Below are positions 19,341 to 29,308 of a stretch of DNA of 64,000 bases, piece by piece; the stretch's first letter is position 1; the number at the start of each line of letters is the position of its first letter. This DNA comes from Candidatus Woesebacteria bacterium. GTDB taxonomy: Bacteria; Patescibacteriota; Microgenomatia; UBA8517. The notes under the pieces are model-generated. The model saw nothing but the letters and a program-made list of their open reading frames with translations, did no database searches and was not told the DNA's origin. Location: assembly GCA_003484955.1 (NCBI GenBank), contig DMZH01000003.1, forward strand, positions 112,387-176,386, given 5' to 3'. The position numbers and the translations under genes were made by a program.

Positions 19341-21674
19341 TTAAACAACAAAGTTAACAAGTTTTCCCGGAACAAAAATTACTTTTTTAATGTCATGGCC
19401 TTTCAACCACTTTGCAGCATTTTCGTCTTTCCTTGACAACGTCTCAATATCTCCCTGAATAGTTGATTGTTTATTACCAACTACCAACTGAGATCTTACT
19501 TTTCCATTGATCTGAATAACAATCGTTACTGTATCACTCGCGATCTTACTATCATCATATTTTGGCCAACTAGCCTTGTGAATACTAAAGGGTTGACCCA
19601 GTACTTCCACCCAGACCTCTTCGGCAAGATGAGGTGCAAAAGGAGCGACCAAAAGACAAAGGCTTCTTAAAACTTCCTCATTACTGCCTTTGTCAGAAAT
19701 GGTGTTAACAAGCTCCATAATCGATGCTATAGCTGTATTATATTTGAAATTATACATATCCTCCGTCACCTTTTTTATAGTTTGATTGAGCTTGGAAACT
19801 ACCCCTTTTGATGGTTGACCATCTATAGTATTCGGTTGGTTAAACAGTTTCCAAAGCCTTGTCACAAATCTCTGCATCCCCTCAATTCCCGAGTCTCTGA
19901 AGTCCGGTGAGGCATCCATTGGACCTAAAAACATGACATAAAGCCTAAGGGTGTCTGCGCCAAACTTGGACACATATTGATCCGGATTGACCACGTTTCC
20001 CCGGCTTTTGCTCATCTTGGCGCCATCCTTAATCATCAACCCGTGCGCAAAAAACTTAGGAAAAGGCTCATCAAAACTTAAAAGCTTTAAATCGAAAAGT
20101 ACTTTTGTCACAAATCTGGCATACATGAGGTGAAGTACCGAATGCTCTGCACCACCGAAATAAAGATCAACCGGAAGCCAATTCCTGGTTACCTCCCCAT
20201 CAAAAGGCACGGATTCCCTGTCCGATGATGGGTATCTCAAAAAATACCAGCTTGAATCCACAAAGGTATCCATGACGTCAGTCTCACGGGTGGCATCTCC
20301 ACCGCATTTCGGACACTTAACCTGATAAAACTCCTTATGATTGGCAAGGGGTCCTTTCCCTGTACCTTCAGGTTTATAGTCTGATATATTCGGTAGTATT
20401 ACCGGAAGATCTTTTTCAGGAACAGGGACCCAACCACATTCCGGGCAATCAACCATTGGAATTGGTGCACCCCAATAGCGCTGGCGGCTTACCAACCAAT
20501 CCCTTAAATGATAATTGGTATGTTTTTTACCAAAACCTTTTTCGGAAATCTCCTGCCAAAGGTTTTTATCGGGATCCTTCTGGACTATATCCAAATGGTA
20601 TTTTTCAGCAAACTCCATATCACGCTCGTCGTGTGCAGGCACCCCCATGATAGCTCCGGTCCCATATCCTGGTGCCACATAATTCGTCTTCCAAACGGGA
20701 AGGCGCCTTTTACTGAAAGGTTCCAGTGCATATTTCCCGGTAAACTCCCCTACTTTTTCAGAGCTTTCCTGGTTATACAAACCTTCATCGGCTATAGCTA
20801 TAAAAGTAGCCGCATTTAGCGTGTCCGGCCTTGTAGTAAAAACCTCAATCTCTCCATCTCCATTCTCCGTCTCAAACTTGATGAGCATTCCCTGGCTTTT
20901 ACCGATCCAGTTTTTCTGAGCAAGCTTCACTCGAGTACTCCAGTCAATTTTCTCTAAACCTTCTAGAAGTCTGTCAGCATACTTAGTAATCTTAAAAAAC
21001 CACTGGTCAAGGTCCTTTTTTTCGACAACCGTTCCACATCTTTCACAAACTTTAAGTTCCTCACTATTGGTTATTGATTTTCCGGCCGCATCTTTAGGCT
21101 CCTTTCCGGCAGCTGCAGGTGTTACAACCTGCTCATCCGCAAGCACGGTTTTGCAGGAAGGGCAAAAATTAACGGTAGCTTTCTTCTTATAAGCCAAACC
21201 GGCCTCCCACATCTTTAGAAACAACCACTGTGTCCATCTATAATAATCAGGATCGGAAGTGGTCACTGTGTGCGTCCAATCATATCCATGCCCCAAAGAT
21301 CTCATCTGTTCTTCATAATGCTTGGTTGTTCTTCTGACCACTTTGTGGGGGTCTTCCCCGATTTTAATTGCGTAGTTCTCCGAATGAATTCCAAAAGAAT
21401 CATACCCGATTGGCTGAAAAACATCTTTGCCATGCATTCTCATAAAACGCCCAAAGACATCGCTCCCCGTCGAGGCAAAAGCGTGTCCTGCATGAAGACC
21501 TTCAGCCGAAGGATACGGAAACATCCACAGGTTGTAGTATTTATTATCCGGCCTTGAGAGATCCGGAAAATATATTTTTTCCTTTTCCCATTTTTCCTGC
21601 CACTTCTTTTCAATTTTAGCGTGGTCGTATTTGATGCCGTTCATATTTGTCAATTTTATCACTTTAGCGTACAC
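19341..21674 (-). CDS. leuS: Leucyl-tRNA synthetase.
   Basis: 777 aa. HAGHAF (HIGH), KMSKS and an editing-domain insertion. The true start is possibly Met11. Confidence 0.9.
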   Translation of the reverse strand: MYAKVIKLTNMNGIKYDHAKIEKKWQEKWEKEKIYFPDLSRPDNKYYNLWMFPYPSAEGLHAGHAFASTGSDVFGRFMRMHGKDVFQPIGYDSFGIHSENYAIKIGEDPHKVVRRTTKHYEEQMRSLGHGYDWTHTVTTSDPDYYRWTQWLFLKMWEAGLAYKKKATVNFCPSCKTVLADEQVVTPAAAGKEPKDAAGKSITNSEELKVCERCGTVVEKKDLDQWFFKITKYADRLLEGLEKIDWSTRVKLAQKNWIGKSQGMLIKFETENGDGEIEVFTTRPDTLNAATFIAIADEGLYNQESSEKVGEFTGKYALEPFSKRRLPVWKTNYVAPGYGTGAIMGVPAHDERDMEFAEKYHLDIVQKDPDKNLWQEISEKGFGKKHTNYHLRDWLVSRQRYWGAPIPMVDCPECGWVPVPEKDLPVILPNISDYKPEGTGKGPLANHKEFYQVKCPKCGGDATRETDVMDTFVDSSWYFLRYPSSDRESVPFDGEVTRNWLPVDLYFGGAEHSVLHLMYARFVTKVLFDLKLLSFDEPFPKFFAHGLMIKDGAKMSKSRGNVVNPDQYVSKFGADTLRLYVMFLGPMDASPDFRDSGIEGMQRFVTRLWKLFNQPNTIDGQPSKGVVSKLNQTIKKVTEDMYNFKYNTAIASIMELVNTISDKGSNEEVLRSLCLLVAPFAPHLAEEVWVEVLGQPFSIHKASWPKYDDSKIASDTVTIVIQINGKVRSQLVVGNKQSTIQGDIETLSRKDENAAKWLKGHDIKKVIFVPGKLVNFVV

Positions 21675-21700
21675 TTTTTTAAGACATACTGTCTAATTTC

Positions 21701-22426
21701 ATGCTATCTGTATCTAAAAAAGTGTTTGTCCACAGTATACTGGTTGCTCTCGCCTTGGGACTTTCTTATTTTATTGCAAAAACTCCCCTTGCGGAATATA
21801 GCCTTCAAATCTCGGGTCTTCTTGTCGCACTCTATATGTTAATCTCATTTCTGATCAGAAAAAAGTTCCTAACAGCCGGTTCCAGAGTAGTTTTTGATAT
21901 TTTTATTTTTTCCTTTGCTGTTTCATTTCTTCTTTTTACAACGGGTGGGTTCACCTCACCCATATTTTTTCTGACTTACTTTCTTCTTTTCGGAATGGCA
22001 CTTCTTTCGGCACCTGTAACATCAGTTGTTGCCGCCCTGGTCTTTGCGATTTTATTTGTTCTTACACCCAGAAGTGACTTTTGGACAGAAATCCTGCAAA
22101 TAGTTTCCCTTATAGCAATCGCACCGATTTCAACAATGTTTGGCAAACAGTACATTCAAATTTTAAGAGACAGTCAAAAAATTCAGGTTTTGAAAAATGT
22201 CAGTCAGGATTTTATGGAGGAAATTAAATCACAAGAAGAAGAGGTAAAAAACTGGGCAGAGGGAGATTTTAGACTAAAACTGGTTAACGTCCAAAAATAT
22301 CTCGACGAGCTTTTGAAAGACCCAAACCTGGATAATGATAGGAAAGGTAGAATCAAAGATCTTTATCAACAAATTTACGAGCTCTTTTTAAGCGGAATGG
22401 AGATGAAAAAAGAGGTCGGTAAATAA
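21701..22426 (+). CDS. Hypothetical polytopic membrane protein with a C-terminal coiled coil.
   Basis: About 6 TM helices, then a charged helical tail. No motif was found. Confidence 0.45.
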   Translation: MLSVSKKVFVHSILVALALGLSYFIAKTPLAEYSLQISGLLVALYMLISFLIRKKFLTAGSRVVFDIFIFSFAVSFLLFTTGGFTSPIFFLTYFLLFGMALLSAPVTSVVAALVFAILFVLTPRSDFWTEILQIVSLIAIAPISTMFGKQYIQILRDSQKIQVLKNVSQDFMEEIKSQEEEVKNWAEGDFRLKLVNVQKYLDELLKDPNLDNDRKGRIKDLYQQIYELFLSGMEMKKEVGK

Positions 22427-22427
22427 C

Positions 22428-23165
22428 ATGGCATCCTCAAAAATTTTAGTTTTTTTGACAGCATTACTTTTACCTTTTAGTTTTTACCTTTCACCGCCCG
22501 GTATCCATGCCCAGGCAAAAATCACATCCCCCAATTACATAATCCAGATGCCAAATTTGAACTCAGGTGCCGGAATCCCCTCCTCGGCAGGTTATAAACT
22601 CGATACAACCATTGGTCAAACCGCACCCGGGCTTTACTCATCCACAGGCTACCTGGTTCGGTCCGGTTTCCAATATATCCACTCCATAATTCCCTTTTCT
22701 TTTTCCATGAGTAATTTTTTAATTAATTTTGGCACCCTCATGCCGGGTACCCCAGTAACCCGCACAAGTACTCTTGTGGTTTCTGCGGGAGGGGCTGGTG
22801 GTTACAGGGTTACGGCCAGAGAGGCAGGCTATCTTCAGACATCAACCGGTAAAACTATTCCTGATTCAACCTGTGATGCCGGAACTTGTTCAGAAACGGC
22901 AGCGGGGGTTTGGTCACTCGCGACTACTTACGGATTTGGCTACAACATGTCAGGCAACGATGCCCCTTCGGATTTCATAGACGGAACTTATTTCCGCCAG
23001 TTTGCCAATGCGGCTCTCAGCGAAGGAGATCAGTCGGTCATGTCAAGTGTAAATGTCGGAAGAGATAGAACTGCCACAATTACATATAAAGTAAATGTTT
23101 CGGCGGTTCAGGCGGCAGGAAGTTATCAAAACAGGGTTCTATTTACAGCCATACCATCCTTTTAA
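22428..23165 (+). CDS. Secreted cell-surface protein, a WxL-like C-terminal-domain candidate (CscB-like).
   Basis: Signal peptide. The C-terminal module TCDAGTCSET..GVWSLAT..GFGY...AGSYQNRVLFTAIPSF is shared with ORF 24230..25726. Confidence 0.5.
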   Translation: MASSKILVFLTALLLPFSFYLSPPGIHAQAKITSPNYIIQMPNLNSGAGIPSSAGYKLDTTIGQTAPGLYSSTGYLVRSGFQYIHSIIPFSFSMSNFLINFGTLMPGTPVTRTSTLVVSAGGAGGYRVTAREAGYLQTSTGKTIPDSTCDAGTCSETAAGVWSLATTYGFGYNMSGNDAPSDFIDGTYFRQFANAALSEGDQSVMSSVNVGRDRTATITYKVNVSAVQAAGSYQNRVLFTAIPSF

Positions 23166-23183
23166 ATTTCCAGTCAAATACTA

Positions 23184-24173
23184 ATGAATAAATTATTAAA
23201 ATTCAAAAATAAAAAAATAAAGGGCAGGTTTTTTGTTTTCTTGATTACTCTTATTTCATTGTTCATTATTCATAATTCTGTTGCTGAGGCCCAAACTCTA
23301 GGTCTTTCCATCACTCCCCCGATTGCTGAGGTAATGATTATTCCGGGCAAAATTGTTACTCAAACGTTCACTATTACAAATGACGGCAACGATGGCATGG
23401 CGAGCATTTATATCATACCTTTTAAGGCGCAGGGTGAGTCGGGAAACGTCGCACTTGATGAAAAAAATGCCGTCACTGCAACATCTCCCTATGCCTCATG
23501 GTTTAGTATAATCTCTCCTGTAAGTGTTTTCGGAGAAAAGTTTTACATGGCTGGCGGGCAACGCCAGGAAATAACCGTTAAAATTACTCCCCCGGAATCT
23601 GCCACAGAGAAAGATTATTACTTTACACTATTATACGAACTGGATAACAATATCCCCGGAGGCACTCTCTCCATGGGTCCAACAAACCAAGCTAGAATTG
23701 GTTCCAACCTCATTCTTTCCGTCTCCAGCGACGGCAATCCGCCAAAGACTGCTGAAATTGTCGAATTCAAGGCTCCAAAAATCATCGATTCGCTTGAAAA
23801 ACTTACCTTTAATACAAGAATCGGCAATTTTGGCTCATATGTTTTCAAACCCGATGGTGAAATAACAATTAAACCCACATTCGGCAGTGTAGAAACTCTA
23901 AGTCTTGCCCCTCTTAATATAATTTCCGACTCGGTAAGGAATATTCCCTGCCTGAAAGGTGAAGAAATTATCGTTTGCCAATCCAATCGCAAGGTCTTGG
24001 TCGGAGTTTACAAATCAACCTTGGAGATAACCCCCAACGGAAGCGGTGAAACTCAAAGTAAAACTGTTACCACCGTTGCCTTTCCTTTTTCGATAATATT
24101 TGGGCTTCTTTTAATCTTCATAACCTACAGAATTATCAAAAAATCCCAAAAGGTTGGCAAAGAATCCTCTTGA
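23184..24173 (+). CDS. Cell-surface protein with signal peptide and a C-terminal TM anchor plus basic tail (DUF916/CscA-like).
   Basis: Signal peptide, beta-rich ectodomain (LGLSITPPIAEV...TFTITNDG) and C-terminal TM plus RIIKKSQKVGK. Confidence 0.5.
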   Translation: MNKLLKFKNKKIKGRFFVFLITLISLFIIHNSVAEAQTLGLSITPPIAEVMIIPGKIVTQTFTITNDGNDGMASIYIIPFKAQGESGNVALDEKNAVTATSPYASWFSIISPVSVFGEKFYMAGGQRQEITVKITPPESATEKDYYFTLLYELDNNIPGGTLSMGPTNQARIGSNLILSVSSDGNPPKTAEIVEFKAPKIIDSLEKLTFNTRIGNFGSYVFKPDGEITIKPTFGSVETLSLAPLNIISDSVRNIPCLKGEEIIVCQSNRKVLVGVYKSTLEITPNGSGETQSKTVTTVAFPFSIIFGLLLIFITYRIIKKSQKVGKESS

Positions 24174-24229
24174 CAATGTTTTTTATGGGTTTAATAATGA
24201 TCCTTAGCACATATCTTAACTAAGATAGA

Positions 24230-25726
24230 TTGTTTTGTATGCAAAGCGTAAACACAAAAAAATATCTAGCTACTTTTTCAGTGTTTCTTCTATCGTTATC
24301 ATTCTCCCTGGCGCTTTCTTTTTTCGCCATCAAATCTTTTAATCCAACCAAGATAGAGGCGTCCACTCTCACAAATTCATCGGCTACCTTAAGCAATCCC
24401 CGGCTTTCCTATAGGGCACAAACAACTGCCGGCACGTCAGGAACATCAACGGTCACAATCAACGGCGCCGGAAGTTATCCGGATCTTAATACCAACCACC
24501 TCTTTCCAAGCGACAACGTTTGTTTCTTAAATCAAGGTATAACCGGGTGCATCGGCAGTGTTAACTACACGGTTGCAAACGTATCCAGTGCCACAACTTT
24601 CAGCCTTTCCTCCCCACTCACTGCCAATGTTGATACAAGCGGCTATGTTACGGCGACACAATCGGGAAGCCTGACAATGACTTTCACTTTGGTTAATACA
24701 ATTCCTGTCGGGGGCAACATTTTTGTTACCATACCGGTTGCCAGCACCGGAAATGTCAATGATGGAATTCCGGACACAGGGAGTAGTAATACAACTGACG
24801 GCTTTGATTTTAACAAGCTCGAACCGACAAGTGTCAATGTCAGCTCAACAGGCGGGACCTGCACCGGCGGCTGGGATACTCCGGTAGTTGCCTCCGCAAG
24901 CGGAACAATAACCATTACAAAAGCAACCAGTTCTTGTGCGGGTGCAACCGTTACGGTAATAGTTCCCAACTTGGTCAACCCCACCCCATTTACCACCGGA
25001 CACACACAAGGAGCTGCCGACAATTACAAAATCGCAATAGTTACGAGGGACGGCAGCAACAACACCCTTGATTCTGTAAGTGTGGGGGTGGCTCCCGTTG
25101 AGGGAGTTTTGGTCTCAGCAACAGTTGATCAGACTCTTGCCTTTACAGTTGCCGGGGTTTCTGCAGATTCAGGTTCGTATTGTGGAGTAACCAGAACTGC
25201 TTCGACAACGGATTCAACGGCCACATCTGTTCCTTGGGGAACAATTGCCACCGCCAACAGTTTCCTAAATGCCAACCAGGTATTAACCGTATCAACAAAC
25301 GCCGGCGGTGGCTACACCGTCAAGATTGAAGAAAACGACCAAATGGGCATGAACGGGGTTACCTGTACGGGAGCAACTGCGGGTGAGGCAAACGATTGTA
25401 TCAAGGATACTACTTGCGATTCGGGAACCTGTTCGGAAACAACATCCGGCGAATGGGTTACCGCGACCAATAACGGTTTTGGATATTCGCTTGCAAACGT
25501 GTCAGGAACCGATGCTGGATTCCTCTATAACGAAACCTCAAGGACGTTTTCCTCAAAACAAATTCCGGATCAGGAAGCTTCTGAGGCAAAACAAACCGTG
25601 ATGTCAAACGCGGCCCCGGTTTCCGCTAACCAAGTGTATGCCTGTTATAGAATTTCAGTTTCAGGAACCCAACCTGCTGGTTACTACTACAATAAAGTCA
25701 AATACACGGCAACAGCCACATTCTAA
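24230..25726 (+). CDS. Large Thr/Ser/Gly-rich secreted surface protein with a WxL-like C-terminal domain (CscC-like).
   Basis: Signal peptide and low-complexity T/S/G-rich ectodomain. The C-terminal TCDSGTCSET..GEWVTAT..GFGY...AGYYYNKVKYTATATF is paralogous to the 22428 ORF C-terminus. Confidence 0.5.
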   Translation: MFCMQSVNTKKYLATFSVFLLSLSFSLALSFFAIKSFNPTKIEASTLTNSSATLSNPRLSYRAQTTAGTSGTSTVTINGAGSYPDLNTNHLFPSDNVCFLNQGITGCIGSVNYTVANVSSATTFSLSSPLTANVDTSGYVTATQSGSLTMTFTLVNTIPVGGNIFVTIPVASTGNVNDGIPDTGSSNTTDGFDFNKLEPTSVNVSSTGGTCTGGWDTPVVASASGTITITKATSSCAGATVTVIVPNLVNPTPFTTGHTQGAADNYKIAIVTRDGSNNTLDSVSVGVAPVEGVLVSATVDQTLAFTVAGVSADSGSYCGVTRTASTTDSTATSVPWGTIATANSFLNANQVLTVSTNAGGGYTVKIEENDQMGMNGVTCTGATAGEANDCIKDTTCDSGTCSETTSGEWVTATNNGFGYSLANVSGTDAGFLYNETSRTFSSKQIPDQEASEAKQTVMSNAAPVSANQVYACYRISVSGTQPAGYYYNKVKYTATATF

Positions 25727-25728
25727 CT

Positions 25729-26817
25729 ATGAAAAATCTGCTCACAAAACATACTAAACACAAATTTGTTTATTTGGTTGCCGGCCTAGTAATTTTTATC
25801 GCCTTATTTGTTTCAGATAAAGCATCAGCACAATCAATCATTCCCCTGGTGGTTGCCCCCGCAAGACAAACAATTGAAGTCGATCCAGGCAAGACCACGA
25901 GTTTTGTCGTCAGATTTTACAACACAGGGATAGAACCTATCTCCGGAACGTTTAAGGTGGCTGATTTTATTGTGGACAACAACGAGGGTTCTCCAAACTT
26001 TCTTGAAGGCCCCACTACTCTGTCCAAACGCTTTGCGGCAGCCCAATGGGTGACCCTAAGCACCGAAAAAGGAACAATCCCCTCAAAAGATATGGTTATA
26101 ATTGACGGCAAAATTCGTGTTCCGGCTGACGCAAACCCCGGCGGAAAATATTTCGCGGTATTTTTTGAGCCCACTTCCGAGATTCCTGAAGCCACCGGGT
26201 CAAAACAAGAGGAAGCCGCAAGCGTATCAATGAGAATTGCAGGACTTGTCTATCTGAAAGTGTCGGGCCCTATTGCCGAAGGCGCCAATATCGTAAGCTT
26301 TAGTGCCCCCAACTTCTCCGAATACGGCCCTGTCGCAATCACAACCGAAATCAAAAATAGCGGAGACTATCACATCACTCCTAAGGGGCAAATTGTTGTT
26401 AAGAATATGTTTGGCCGTGAAGTTGCCAGAGAAAGCTTGCAGGAAACCAACATTTTTCCGGATGCCTCAAGGGTAATTGTTTCCAAACTCGGAACAAAAT
26501 GGATGGTTGGTAAGTTCACCGCGTCTCTTGATGCCACCTATGGGGAATCGGGAAAAGTTCTCGCCTCCGCTCTCGGCTTCTGGGTATTTCCCTGGAAGCT
26601 TGCTGTAGTTATAACCTTGGCAATTATCATAATTGTACTTATCATAATCATTATCTTTAACAGATTTGTTAAAAAGGAAAAGAAGCTCGAAGAGGAGCTT
26701 TCCGAGGAGAAAGAAGAACTTGAAAAACTCAAAGAGTCTTTGAAAGATAAGATCAGCGGAATAATTCCGGAGTCCAAAGTTGAAACTCCATCAACTGAAG
26801 AAAAAAAGACTGAATAA
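25729..26817 (+). CDS. Cell-surface protein with signal peptide, C-terminal TM anchor and K/E-rich cytoplasmic tail (DUF916/DUF3324-like).
   Basis: Start is 2 bp after the preceding stop. Ectodomain PLVVAPARQTIEVDPGKTTSFVVRFYNTG. C-terminal TM plus KKEKKLEEELSEEKEELEKLKE. Confidence 0.5.
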   Translation: MKNLLTKHTKHKFVYLVAGLVIFIALFVSDKASAQSIIPLVVAPARQTIEVDPGKTTSFVVRFYNTGIEPISGTFKVADFIVDNNEGSPNFLEGPTTLSKRFAAAQWVTLSTEKGTIPSKDMVIIDGKIRVPADANPGGKYFAVFFEPTSEIPEATGSKQEEAASVSMRIAGLVYLKVSGPIAEGANIVSFSAPNFSEYGPVAITTEIKNSGDYHITPKGQIVVKNMFGREVARESLQETNIFPDASRVIVSKLGTKWMVGKFTASLDATYGESGKVLASALGFWVFPWKLAVVITLAIIIIVLIIIIIFNRFVKKEKKLEEELSEEKEELEKLKESLKDKISGIIPESKVETPSTEEKKTE

Positions 26818-26834
26818 CGTAATATAATTAATCA

Positions 26835-27773
26835 GTGAAACTTAAATTTGCCCTGCTGTTTTCAGTATTATTTCTTTTGCTTGAGACTAGGATCGTACAT
26901 GCTGATGTTCTACCCTCAGAAAAGGTCATTGTGAAACCCAATGTAATCGTTTCTGCGACCATCGGAACCCCAAGGATGACTCTCTGGGGGTATGGCGCTC
27001 CTTCCAGTGTTATAGAGCTTTCAGGTATTGGTGTAGACCAATCTGTAGTCTCCGGAGCAAACGGATACTATTCTTTTGACTTGGTATATTTAAACACTTC
27101 TTTCCCCGAGCTTTGCGTTACGGCAATTGACCAGGGAAAAAGGATAACTCCCCCAACCTGCATTCCCCCGATCGGTCACGGAAATTACTTTTATAACGTC
27201 GGCCCTGTAATACTCCCTCCTACAATAAGCCTGGGAACACCCCAAACCAATGAGAACGGTCAGGTCTCAGCCCAAGGCGAAACAATTCCTAATTCAAATG
27301 TTGAAGTTAAACTGGGCAGACCGGATGCAAAGCCGGGAATTTTTGGTTTTCAGCCGATTAGAAGTGTTCTTGCCTACTATATACCATCGTATAGCGTCCT
27401 TTCGGATGCCGAAGGAAACTTTAGTTTCAATATGCCTACCAATGGAGGCAATTCCTGGAGAGTTTTTGCCATAACCGACTACGAAGGAGGAAATAAATCC
27501 CCAAAAAGTAATACCCTTAAGTTTAAAACCCTTACGCCGGCTGCTTACGCGTGGAGTAATTTTTTGGCATTTCTTGCAACTTTCCTCGTCTGGCCGAGAA
27601 TTATAATCCTGGAGATTTTGGTAATACTAATTTTGATAGGTATCGTCCTGACAATTATCAAAAGGAAAAAGGGAAAAAACAAAAAAATGGAAACTAATAA
27701 AAAGGATCAAAAGTATTCAGAGCTTGTCGAAAGATATCAGGAGTTTCTAAAAAAGACAAAACCTATTCAATAA
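26835..27773 (+). CDS. Membrane-anchored surface protein (signal peptide, Ig-like beta ectodomain, C-terminal TM plus basic tail).
   Basis: Signal MKLKFALLFSVLFLLLETRIVHA. C-terminal TM plus KRKKGKNKK. Confidence 0.45.
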   Translation: MKLKFALLFSVLFLLLETRIVHADVLPSEKVIVKPNVIVSATIGTPRMTLWGYGAPSSVIELSGIGVDQSVVSGANGYYSFDLVYLNTSFPELCVTAIDQGKRITPPTCIPPIGHGNYFYNVGPVILPPTISLGTPQTNENGQVSAQGETIPNSNVEVKLGRPDAKPGIFGFQPIRSVLAYYIPSYSVLSDAEGNFSFNMPTNGGNSWRVFAITDYEGGNKSPKSNTLKFKTLTPAAYAWSNFLAFLATFLVWPRIIILEILVILILIGIVLTIIKRKKGKNKKMETNKKDQKYSELVERYQEFLKKTKPIQ

Positions 27774-28277
27774 TTAGTTGAATGAAACAGTCACCTTTTG
27801 ACTTAATTTTTTGCTACCCACAGATGCCTCAATTGTAAAAAGACCTGCCTCTGTACTTGAAACATCAAAGGTTGCCCTACCGGAATCATCGGTCACCGGG
27901 GAAATCGGATATATCTGCAGGCTTGTATTACCGTTTCCGAGGATAACCTGCTTTCCGGATACCCCCATTCCCTGTCCGTCCAGAATATAAGCAGTAATTC
28001 TAATACGCTCAACCTTTGCTGCCGCCCTCAGAGGCGAAGCGAAAAGGTAGGAATTGTCAAACGATACACTTTGTGGTGTAATGACTTCGGAGTCGGTGGG
28101 CTCAGAAGTGAAATTCTCACTTTGAGCAAAGCTCCCAAAAAACGCAGGCCGGCGGACTAAATAAAGGAAGAGAATAAGGATCAAAACAAAAATAATCAAA
28201 AGAATCAAGGCTATTATGACTGTACGGGAATTTTTGCTACGCTCTTCCATATAGTAATTATATACACCGGATGTCAA
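27774..28277 (-). CDS. N-terminally membrane-anchored protein with a Big/Ig-like domain.
   Basis: N-terminal TM (IIALILLIIFVLILILFLYLV). The C-terminus resembles a bacterial Ig-like fold (GQGMGVSGKQV...FTIEASVG). Confidence 0.4.
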   Translation of the reverse strand: MTSGVYNYYMEERSKNSRTVIIALILLIIFVLILILFLYLVRRPAFFGSFAQSENFTSEPTDSEVITPQSVSFDNSYLFASPLRAAAKVERIRITAYILDGQGMGVSGKQVILGNGNTSLQIYPISPVTDDSGRATFDVSSTEAGLFTIEASVGSKKLSQKVTVSFN

Positions 28278-28719
28278 TAATTGGTAGTCAAATCGCTTCT
28301 TCAGAAAGCTTCAAATTTAAATTCCGAAAGATCGGACAAAAGTGCCCATATATATTTTTGGCAATCCAAATTAGTGATCGCCAATTATTAACCTTATAGT
28401 CTTAAAGATTCAAAAAATAAAAATAGATATATATTGATATATTAAAGTAAATCTATAGTATATCAATTTAGCGTTATTTCCCGAAAGAGTTTTAAGCATA
28501 AGTTATTTACCGCAATTTCCCGCAACTGGTACTTCGAGGCTAAATTTTGAGTTAAAAATACGCCTAAATTTGAGTTATAGGCCATATGATTTTGGTGTGT
28601 AAAATATCATTTATGCGTAATATACGTGCGGTAAATATGTTATATAGTCTGTGAAAAGAGTAATTTAAAATTCATAATTTATAATTCGCTATTACCTCAA
28701 TACTCTATATAAAAGGCTA

Positions 28720-28755
28720 TTGACAGGCCAATCCCCCTTTACAATAATGTATAAT
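28720..28755 (+). promoter_or_regulatory. Promoter-like element upstream of the fibre operon (TTGACA ... TGTATAAT).
   Basis: TTGACA at 28720-28725 and TATAAT at 28750-28755 preceded by TG, about 35 nt before the ATG at 28790. The -35/-10 spacing of 24 nt is non-canonical, so likely only the extended -10 is functional. Confidence 0.3.
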
Positions 28756-28789
28756 AAATATAATTCGTATAATCTAGCCTTAAATTAAA

Positions 28790-29308
28790 ATGCAATTAAT
28801 CAGCGATAATACAATAAAAAAATTTCTTAATAATCTTCAGGATCAGGGAAAGTCTTTAGTTTCAATTAAAAATTACAAATCCGATATTAACCACTTTTTA
28901 GCCTGGGCAATACTTAAACTTAAATCTCTCGGATCCTACGCGGATAATGTTATCGAGCTTACTCCATTCATCAACCGGGATTTTTTCAATGAATACAAAA
29001 GCTATATGGTTGAGAACAACATCAAGGTAAAAACAATCAACAGACGCCTGTCTTCACTTAGAAACTTATCCAATTTTCTTTACTCCTCCCAAGCTCTGGA
29101 CAGGGATTACATGCAGGGAATTCAAAATGTCGGCATCGGAACATTGACTCCTATGCGGGTAAAAGATCGGGATATTGTTGAGAGGTTCAGGGAATCTCTT
29201 ATCAAGGACGAAAATGTTTCTTCTAATACAGTCAAGAATTATGTTTCCGATGTAAGAGGCTTTCTAGCCTGGATTGAAAAGAAAGGAGAACTGCCCAATG
29301 GGATTTAG
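28790..29308 (+). CDS. Protein made of 1.5 tandem phage-integrase N-terminal SAM-like (core-binding) domains with no catalytic domain. Probably the frameshifted 5' part of the downstream giant gene.
   Basis: Half-domains 'SLVSIKNYKSDINHFLAWA' + 'KVKTINRRLSSLRNLSNFLY' and 'SSNTVKNYVSDVRGFLAWIEKKG' match the Phage_int_SAM_1 pattern (S.nT...Y..d...Fl.w / s..Tinrrlsalr.f..fl). Confidence 0.6.
   Translation: MQLISDNTIKKFLNNLQDQGKSLVSIKNYKSDINHFLAWAILKLKSLGSYADNVIELTPFINRDFFNEYKSYMVENNIKVKTINRRLSSLRNLSNFLYSSQALDRDYMQGIQNVGIGTLTPMRVKDRDIVERFRESLIKDENVSSNTVKNYVSDVRGFLAWIEKKGELPNGI

Noticed and set aside
28720-28755. Apparent perfect sigma-70 promoter TTGACA ... TATAAT.
   Set aside because: The spacing between hexamers is 24 nt, not 16-18. 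It is kept only as a low-confidence extended -10 candidate.
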